From Nitrospirota bacterium (GTDB lineage: Bacteria > Nitrospirota > Thermodesulfovibrionia > Thermodesulfovibrionales > JdFR-86): a DNA stretch of 64,000 bases. Position numbers and translations under genes: made by a program. Positions 56,962 to 64,000 of this stretch are shown piece by piece; the stretch's first letter is position 1; every line of letters begins with the position of its first letter. Location of the stretch: positions 1,088,001 through 1,152,000 of the forward strand of contig CAVRJY010000001.1 of assembly GCA_963721805.1 (NCBI GenBank), given 5' to 3'. The notes under the pieces are model-generated. The model had not been told where the DNA came from and made no database searches. It was given only the letters and a program-made list of their open reading frames with translations.

Positions 56962-58779
56962 ATGATAGAGTGGACAGGTGAGAGATACGTTCCGTGGGTG
57001 GAGGACAAGAAGCTTACCTATGAGCATCTTCAGCGGTATTATTACGCAAAGAACTTCGTCAAGGGCAGGCGGGTATTGGATCTCGCCTCGGGCGAAGGCT
57101 ATGGGGCTAACATCCTCTCGGAGGACGCCGAGTCGGTCGCAGGCGTCGATATCAGCCCGGAGGCGGTCCGCCACGCGTCGTCCAAATACATAAGGGACAA
57201 CCTCAGATACTTCGTCGGCGACATCACGGCTATCCCGATCGAGGGCATGGGGGTGTTTGACGTGATCACCTGTTTCGAGGCCCTTGAACATATCGAAGAC
57301 CACGATGCCCTTCTGCGCGAGGTCAAGAGGCTGCTGAAACCCGAAGGCATATTCCTGATCTCGACGCCCAACAAGCTGATTTATTCCGATATCCCGAAGT
57401 ATACGAACAAGTTCCATCTAAAGGAGCTTTATTTTGACGAGTTCAGGGATCTGCTGGGCGGGCACTTCGCTGGCTGTTACTTTTATGGCCAGAAGGTATC
57501 GCCCCTTACTAGTCTTTTTGCGCTGTTTGACGGCGGCAGCCCCGGGCGCAAGAGTTTCGTCTCTATCGGGGACAAAGGGTTTCACGAGGTGACGTCCGCC
57601 GAGCGTCAGGCGCTTTATTTCGTTGCCGTCGCCTCTGATGGCGGGCTGGGGGCCGAGTCCCTGCCGTCCGAATATGAGATCGTCGATGTCTCGGACTCAT
57701 ATTTTAAGTGGATGGAATCCAGGGTCGCGGCGGCGGCGTCAGCAGCAGCCCAGAAAAGCAAGAGGGTCGAGGACCTGGACAGGGCGTTCAAGGCCGCGAC
57801 CGGAGAGCTGGAAGCCATGAAGGGCAAACTGGCCGATACCGCCCAGCTTAAGGCCTCGATAGGAGAAAAAGACGCATATATAAAATTCATCAGCGATACG
57901 CATGCCGAAAAAAACCGCATTATCACTTCACTGAAGGACGAGGTCGCGGCGCTCAACATCAGGGCCGGAAAGGACGAAGTCCTGAAACTCGAGCTGGCCT
58001 CGAAGGAAGAGACCATCAGGGCGCTGAACCTAAAGGTTTCCGAGATGGAATCTGAGATCGGCCGCATGCGTGCGGATCTCGGTGAAGTCGAGGCGAGGTA
58101 TAAGGGCCAGATGCAGGATGTCAGGGCCGAACTGATGAGGCTGTTCCCGGACAAACACGCCGGCGCGGCCAACAAGGAAGGCGACCTAAAGATCGCCAAC
58201 ATGCTCATGCTCGTCACCGAGAGCCTGCTGAGGGAGGACATGTCCTCCGAGGCTGCGAACGCCCTCGGAGAGGTCTGCTACAACTTCGGGAGCATGAGGG
58301 CCGCGCAGACGTTTTTCACCAAGGCCCTGGCGGCGAAACCCTCCAGCACCGATGCGCTGAACAACCTCGGCATGATCGGCCTGCACCTTGGCGACAAGCG
58401 TCTCGCCGCGGACCTCTTCAAGACGGTTCTCGACCGTGATGCGGACGACGAGGTGGCCGCGAAAAACCTGCGGTCCGTGACTGGCGGGATGATAAGAGAG
58501 GGCGAGATGCTGTTCGCCGAAGGGAAGCAGGACGAGGCGATGAAGAAGTTCGTCGACGTCGCTGACCTCGATCCCCGCAACTGGGAGAACTGGAACAACC
58601 TGGGCGTGGCCCTGATGGCAGCGGGCCTGAACGTCGATGCTGAAAAATGCTTCCTCACCGCGCTTGAGCTTAACGAAGGCTGCAAGGATGCCGAGGCAAA
58701 CCTCCGGGCCCTCAGGCAGAGGCAGCGTGAGCTGCCCGGCAGGCTCGCAAGCCCTGCCGCTGCAGCGGGGGTGAAATAG
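56962..58779 (+). CDS. Methyltransferase + coiled-coil + TPR protein
   Basis: WTGERYVP, EHLQRY, VLDLASGEGYG, FEALEH, STPN; heptad-rich middle; NNLG TPRs; GGAGG RBS. Confidence 0.85.
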   Translation: MIEWTGERYVPWVEDKKLTYEHLQRYYYAKNFVKGRRVLDLASGEGYGANILSEDAESVAGVDISPEAVRHASSKYIRDNLRYFVGDITAIPIEGMGVFDVITCFEALEHIEDHDALLREVKRLLKPEGIFLISTPNKLIYSDIPKYTNKFHLKELYFDEFRDLLGGHFAGCYFYGQKVSPLTSLFALFDGGSPGRKSFVSIGDKGFHEVTSAERQALYFVAVASDGGLGAESLPSEYEIVDVSDSYFKWMESRVAAAASAAAQKSKRVEDLDRAFKAATGELEAMKGKLADTAQLKASIGEKDAYIKFISDTHAEKNRIITSLKDEVAALNIRAGKDEVLKLELASKEETIRALNLKVSEMESEIGRMRADLGEVEARYKGQMQDVRAELMRLFPDKHAGAANKEGDLKIANMLMLVTESLLREDMSSEAANALGEVCYNFGSMRAAQTFFTKALAAKPSSTDALNNLGMIGLHLGDKRLAADLFKTVLDRDADDEVAAKNLRSVTGGMIREGEMLFAEGKQDEAMKKFVDVADLDPRNWENWNNLGVALMAAGLNVDAEKCFLTALELNEGCKDAEANLRALRQRQRELPGRLASPAAAAGVK

Positions 58780-61700
58780 ATGGTCCGGACGAGGCAGGAG
58801 TATGCGCAGGAGTTCGACCTGGAGGGGATAAGAGTATCCGTGATCGGCTCCGGCAGGGTCCCGGATCCCCAGAGCGAGGTCAGGATCCTTGACGTTTATT
58901 CCAGGCTTCCGCTGGCATTTAAGTACATGAGCGCTGCCGAGGCCGAGCGAGCGTGGTTCGATGAGTCCGACATTGTTGTATTCAGCCAGTGCCGGAGCGC
59001 CGAGAGCGCAGCGCTTTTGGGCGAGGCCGTCCGTGCAGGAAAGGCTACGATATATGACGTCGACTCATACCTTTTCGAGCTGCCGGGCGCCGAGGCCACG
59101 CTCTCGGAGAAGGTCAACGTGCTGGCGTTCCTGCGGGGATGCAGCTGGATCACCTGCTCGAACATAGGCCAGAAGGCCAGGCTCATGAGATACTGCTCGC
59201 GCGTGGAGCTGATCGGCAACCGCGTGAGGCCGGTCGAAAATCTCTCGCTTATCGAGACCGGCAAGGTCCATATTCTGCTGGCCTGCCGCGGCCGGTTCAG
59301 ACTCCGCGAGTCCGCCATGCAGTTCATCGAGGCCCTGGACTCGATCATGGCCAAATACCCGGAGGTCATACTCACGCTCTGGGGCGAGAAATTCCCCCTC
59401 GAGATAGAGGAGATGGTAGAGGCCTACGGCGCGCAGGGGAGGGTCCAGCGAAGGAAGGATCCGGCCGCGTCGCACGAAGACTACATTGACGAGCTTACGG
59501 GGATGGGCGTTTCGTTCGCACTGGTGCCGCTGGAGGATACCTCCGAGTTCGCGCAGGAGCCCGACATGGGCTACCTGGAGCTGGCTTCGCTCGGAATCCC
59601 GGCCATCTTCAGCTCAACCGAGACGTTCCGCAGGTGCATCGCGCACAAGTCAAACGGACTCCTTGTGGACAACGAGCGGGCGCAGTGGTACGGCGCCATG
59701 GAGCTTATGATAAAGGACGCGGCGCTCCGGGCCGTTCTCGGCACGGGCGCATTTTCAGACGTAGAGAAAAACCGGAACCTCCGCGAGAGCATATACGACT
59801 GGGCCATGCTGCTGCGCGTGTGCATCGACGCCAGGACAGCCGCGAAATACTCGGCCGGTTCCTCGCACATGCAGGCCTCAGCCCTGAGCGCGAGGCTGTC
59901 CGCGGCACTTTCGTCGGCCGGGGCCGAAGCGTCCCTCGCCGATATGGACATAGCCCGTTCGCTGGAGGCCGCCGCACCGGCCCTCAACCATGCCCTCAAG
60001 GAACTTGCGGGCATGGATCTGCCTTCGGAGACCGCGAGCCTTCTGGGGCAGCTCTGCATGATGCTCGGCTCGACCGAGAACGCCGAGATCCTTTCCAGCA
60101 AGGCCCTCGGGCTATTCGCCGGCAACGGTTCGGCCCTCAACACCCTGGGCATGATCAAGCTCAGGGGTGGTGACATTGAGGGGGCCATCGGGCTGCTTGA
60201 AAGGGCGGTCAAGACCGATCCATGGAACGACCTGTTCCGGACGAACATCGAAAATGCCCTGGCGGAGCTTGTGAAAAAAGGCGAGGCGGCATTTGTCTCG
60301 GGGGACGCCGATGAGGCCGTCGCGATGTTTCAAAGCGTGCTGCGGCATGCCCCTGATAATGTCACGGCCCTGAACAACCTCGGGGTGATCGGCATCAAGC
60401 GCGGTGAGCTGGACGAGGCCGAGGAGTATCTCGCCGCCGCCCTGAAAATCGACCCCGGATATCAGGACGCGGCCAACAACCTTGCGAATCTCAGGATGAT
60501 GCTCCCGGACGCCAGGCGATGGAGGAAGCTCCACCTGCCGGGCAGGGAGGCCCTGGCCGCGATGGCCGGGGATTCGGCCGGGTTCGAGTTCAGGCCGCTT
60601 GTTTCGATAATCATGCCGGCGTATAACACCAAAGAACAATTCCTGCGCGAGGCGGTGGCCTCGGTGCTGGGGCAGGTTTATGACAACTGGGAGCTGTGCT
60701 TCGTCGACAACGGCTCGACCTCGACCGGCGTCTGGCGGACGATCTCGGAGTATGCGGCCGGCGAGCCCAGGATAAGGGCGGTGAGAATCGAGCAGAACCT
60801 CCATATCGCCGGGGGCTCCAACAAGGCCCTTGCGATGGCCGCGGGAAGCTACGTAACCTTCCTCGACTCGGACGACCGCCTGCACCCCCATGCCATCTTT
60901 GAGTTCGTAAAACTGCTGCAGGGCCGCCGGGAACTTGACTTTGCCTATTCCGACAACTGCACGATAGACGAGGCCGGCGATCCGGCCGGGATGATGCTCA
61001 AGCCGGGCTGGAGCCCGGAGTTCTACCTGACCACGAACTATGCCGTGCATATGTGCTTTTACTCTGCGCGGATCATAAAGAAGATCGGCCGGTTCAACGA
61101 GGCCGAGGGCTACCGCGGGGTCCAGGACATTGACCTCAAGGCAAGGCTCATAGGGCGCACGACCCAGATGGCGCACATACCCAAGGTGCTGTACGACTGG
61201 CGGATATCGAGCAAGTCCGTGGCGTCGAGTTCTGGTGCGAAGCCTTACGTCATGACAAACGCTATGCGGGTATTCCAAGACGTGCTCGACCGCCTGAGGA
61301 GCAGGGCGGTTGTGAAGATCCCCGACCTGGCGAAAGAGCTTTCGCTCGGATTTTATAAGCTCGACTTCAGCAGGGTTAAGACGAAGGGCGTAGACATCGT
61401 CATCCGCACCAGCGGGCTCGACGTCGACCTCAAGGCCCTGCGCGCCCTCGTGCGCGAGACCGAGTGGGGGGACTTCAGGGTGCACCTGATGGTGATGGGC
61501 TCGGACGGGGGGCTCAAGCTCGAGCCTGAAGCGGACATGAGCGCGGTGGTCCAGGTTCACGACGCGCCCGACGAGGCCGCGATGAACGCCGCGATCGGGA
61601 AGATGCGTTCGGAGTATATAGTCTTCGTGGGCAGCGGAGCGAGGCCGGGCGGCCCGGACTGGCTCAGGGAGCTGGTCGGGTATATGGATCTCGACCCCGC

Positions 61701-63690
61701 CATAGGGGCCGTGGGCGGCAGGGTGCTCGACGCCGCCGGCCGCATCGCGGACGGGGCCTACGTGTTTCTGGACGACGTACATGTCGTCAACAAGGGCAGG
61801 GAGCGCGACCACCACGGCTACTGGTTCAACAACGTGATAGCCCAGAATTTTTCGGCCGTCTCGGACAGGTGCATGATAACGAGGCGGGCGGCTTACCTTT
61901 CCGCCGGCGGGCTGAACTCCTCGGAGTACGGCCAGTACGCCGGGGCCGACTACTGCCTGAGGCTGGCCGCACAGGGGCTGCGCACGGTGTTCAACCCCTG
62001 GTGCACCATGACCGCGGCCGAGACCATGGCCGGCGACGGCGCGCCGAGATACCGCGACAGGCTCAGGGTGGACCACTACGAGCTGTACTGCAACGACCCT
62101 TATTATCCAGCCGGGATGTCGATCCACGAGCCGTACAAGTTCGACTTCGACGGCTCAGGCGCGAAGAAAAGGGGCAGGCTCAGGATTAATTTCGTCCTGC
62201 CCTCCGCGATGAAGCTCACGGGTGGCCCCCTGGCGATCCTTGAGTACGCGAACCGTCTTATCGACCGGGGCCATGACGTCTCGATCACGACATACCCGGA
62301 CGTCTGCTGGAGCGGGGATAACCCGTTCCCGTGGTTTAATTTCAAGGGGAAGATCATCTATAAGAAGCTCAGGGACAAGCTCGCCTCCGGCGACCTTTCG
62401 GGGGCGACGCAGTCGGAGTCCATCGCCCATGCCATGATGAACGGCGCCGGGCTTGAGGGCCTCAGGGACTTCATGCTCGGCATAGGCGGAGCGGCTGAAC
62501 TGAAAAAATCCCACGCCGCCGAGCACCTGCTTTTCGATTTCGTACTCTCTTCGTATCTGATCGAGGTGATGCCGGAGTGCGACATAAATATCGCCACGCT
62601 TTGGAGCACCGCGTTTCCCGTTTATCTGAGCCGCAAGGGCAAACCGGTATACTTCATCCAGCACTACGAGGAGGTGTTCTACAGCCACTGGCTGCTGCAC
62701 CGGCTTGCGGTGCGGTATACCTACACGCTCCCGATGTACAAGGTCGCCAACTCCTCCTGGCTTAAAAAACAGCTGCTCGACAAATACGGCGTGGACGTCC
62801 CGTTCTCAAACAACGGGATCGACCTGAACGATTTCGGGCCGATGCCCAAGACGAGCGCCAAAGATGGCATCATACGCGTGTTCACGTACTCGCGGCCGGA
62901 GGACTGGAAGGGCTTCGGGGACGCGGTGGCGGCGATGGAGAAGGTGGTCAGGAAGTACGGCGACAAGGTGCAGTGGAACGTGTTTGGCTTCCTCAACACG
63001 GCGCTTCCGCCGGACAACCCCTTCGTGAGGTACAACTACTACAAGGGCCTGCCGTTTAAGGAGCTGGCGAAGCTCTATGCCACGTCCGACATCATGCTGT
63101 GCCCCTCGTGGTATGAAAGTTTCCCGCTCCCGCCGCTTGAGGCCATGGCCTGCGGCACCGCCGTTGTGACCACCGACTACGGGACAGAGGACTACGCCTT
63201 CCACGAAAAAAACGCCCTCATCGTCAGGCCGCGCGACGTAAACGGCATGGCCGAGGCGGTCATGAGGCTCATAGAGGACAAAAAGCTCCGGGGCAGGCTC
63301 GCGAAGGCCGGCCTGAAGACCGCGGCTGGCTACGGGTGGGACACTGCGGTCTCAAACCGCGAGAAGATCCTGCTGGACATATACAAGAGCGAGCCGGGAT
63401 ACGATGTCTTCAAGTGCACGGAGACCGGGTTTACGGATTTCGAGGGCGTGCCCTTCGAGCACGCCCCCACTGATAACGAGGCGGCATCGAAGACCTTTAT
63501 AAGGGGGCGGAAGATGCGGCAGGCCTTCCTGGTGGACAACGGCAGGCGGAGGCCGCTGAGTTCGCCTGACATCCTCGGCTGGTTCGGCCTGACGCCCGAG
63601 GACATAGAGGAGGTCAGCGATCTGGACCTGTACAGGATTCCGGTCCTCACACAGATCACGGACCCCAGGGACATAACCAGCAAATTATGA
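58780..63690 (+). CDS. Multidomain glycosyltransferase (GT4-like, TPR, GT2, degenerate GT2, GT4)
   Basis: VSIIMPAYN/FLDSDD GT2; SWYESFPLPPLEAMACG GT4; NNLG TPRs. Confidence 0.88.
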   Translation: MVRTRQEYAQEFDLEGIRVSVIGSGRVPDPQSEVRILDVYSRLPLAFKYMSAAEAERAWFDESDIVVFSQCRSAESAALLGEAVRAGKATIYDVDSYLFELPGAEATLSEKVNVLAFLRGCSWITCSNIGQKARLMRYCSRVELIGNRVRPVENLSLIETGKVHILLACRGRFRLRESAMQFIEALDSIMAKYPEVILTLWGEKFPLEIEEMVEAYGAQGRVQRRKDPAASHEDYIDELTGMGVSFALVPLEDTSEFAQEPDMGYLELASLGIPAIFSSTETFRRCIAHKSNGLLVDNERAQWYGAMELMIKDAALRAVLGTGAFSDVEKNRNLRESIYDWAMLLRVCIDARTAAKYSAGSSHMQASALSARLSAALSSAGAEASLADMDIARSLEAAAPALNHALKELAGMDLPSETASLLGQLCMMLGSTENAEILSSKALGLFAGNGSALNTLGMIKLRGGDIEGAIGLLERAVKTDPWNDLFRTNIENALAELVKKGEAAFVSGDADEAVAMFQSVLRHAPDNVTALNNLGVIGIKRGELDEAEEYLAAALKIDPGYQDAANNLANLRMMLPDARRWRKLHLPGREALAAMAGDSAGFEFRPLVSIIMPAYNTKEQFLREAVASVLGQVYDNWELCFVDNGSTSTGVWRTISEYAAGEPRIRAVRIEQNLHIAGGSNKALAMAAGSYVTFLDSDDRLHPHAIFEFVKLLQGRRELDFAYSDNCTIDEAGDPAGMMLKPGWSPEFYLTTNYAVHMCFYSARIIKKIGRFNEAEGYRGVQDIDLKARLIGRTTQMAHIPKVLYDWRISSKSVASSSGAKPYVMTNAMRVFQDVLDRLRSRAVVKIPDLAKELSLGFYKLDFSRVKTKGVDIVIRTSGLDVDLKALRALVRETEWGDFRVHLMVMGSDGGLKLEPEADMSAVVQVHDAPDEAAMNAAIGKMRSEYIVFVGSGARPGGPDWLRELVGYMDLDPAIGAVGGRVLDAAGRIADGAYVFLDDVHVVNKGRERDHHGYWFNNVIAQNFSAVSDRCMITRRAAYLSAGGLNSSEYGQYAGADYCLRLAAQGLRTVFNPWCTMTAAETMAGDGAPRYRDRLRVDHYELYCNDPYYPAGMSIHEPYKFDFDGSGAKKRGRLRINFVLPSAMKLTGGPLAILEYANRLIDRGHDVSITTYPDVCWSGDNPFPWFNFKGKIIYKKLRDKLASGDLSGATQSESIAHAMMNGAGLEGLRDFMLGIGGAAELKKSHAAEHLLFDFVLSSYLIEVMPECDINIATLWSTAFPVYLSRKGKPVYFIQHYEEVFYSHWLLHRLAVRYTYTLPMYKVANSSWLKKQLLDKYGVDVPFSNNGIDLNDFGPMPKTSAKDGIIRVFTYSRPEDWKGFGDAVAAMEKVVRKYGDKVQWNVFGFLNTALPPDNPFVRYNYYKGLPFKELAKLYATSDIMLCPSWYESFPLPPLEAMACGTAVVTTDYGTEDYAFHEKNALIVRPRDVNGMAEAVMRLIEDKKLRGRLAKAGLKTAAGYGWDTAVSNREKILLDIYKSEPGYDVFKCTETGFTDFEGVPFEHAPTDNEAASKTFIRGRKMRQAFLVDNGRRRPLSSPDILGWFGLTPEDIEEVSDLDLYRIPVLTQITDPRDITSKL

Positions 63691-63700
63691 GGCGGGTAAT

Positions 63701-64000
63701 ATGAAAATAACCATACTTGGCGGCGGGCTCGCCGCGTTGTCGCTCTGTTATTTCCTTCAGGACAGGGCGGATGTCGAGTCCATAGACGTGATCGAAAAGG
63801 AGAACCGCCCCGGCGGGCTCTGCCGCTCTTTCGACCTCGGCGGCGGCGTGCTCTATGACGTCGGGCCCCACATAATATTCTCGAAGGACAAGGAAGTGCT
63901 CGGCCTGATGAAGGATCTCCTGGGTGAGAATATCCACGAGCTTCGGCGCTCAAACAGGATCATGCACAAGGGCAGGCTCGTGCAGTACCCGTTTGAAAAC
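63701..64000 (+). CDS. FAD-dependent oxidoreductase, UDP-galactopyranose mutase/amine oxidase-like (partial)
   Basis: MKITILGGGLAAL...EKENRPGGLCRS...DVGPHIIFS; runs off the window end. Confidence 0.8.
   Translation, partial: MKITILGGGLAALSLCYFLQDRADVESIDVIEKENRPGGLCRSFDLGGGVLYDVGPHIIFSKDKEVLGLMKDLLGENIHELRRSNRIMHKGRLVQYPFEN

Overview
GC-rich bacterial chromosome segment. The rpoZ sequence style, the yicC-remA-gmk-rpoZ-coaBC order and the general gene content suggest an anaerobic Nitrospirota or deltaproteobacteria-like organism (inference only). Contents, left to right: MerR-tRNA-Pro; metabolic and envelope genes; an operon with two unusual GspE/PilB-N-terminal + repeated DUF202-like membrane proteins, a two-component pair and a PEP-synthase-like protein; a Wsp/ACF-type chemosensory cluster ending in a diguanylate cyclase; a 2.9-kaa cyclic beta-1,2-glucan synthase; an ~11.5 kb integrase-less island bounded by tRNA-Ala(GGC) and a duplicate of its 3' half, carrying DUF488, a type III PKS/ACP/KAS/U32/B12-radical SAM/methyltransferase cluster and gluconate 2-dehydrogenase; ABC transporters with a CXXCH protein; housekeeping genes; and the start of a surface-glycan locus. 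The strongest candidates for undescribed systems are (1) a two-gene set supplying exactly five arginine-heptad DUF202-like modules, reminiscent of the pentameric VTC polyphosphate channel, and (2) an apparently O2-independent alkylresorcinol/alkylquinone-type gene cluster on the tRNA-Ala island. All family assignments come from motif recognition by eye; no database searches were run.
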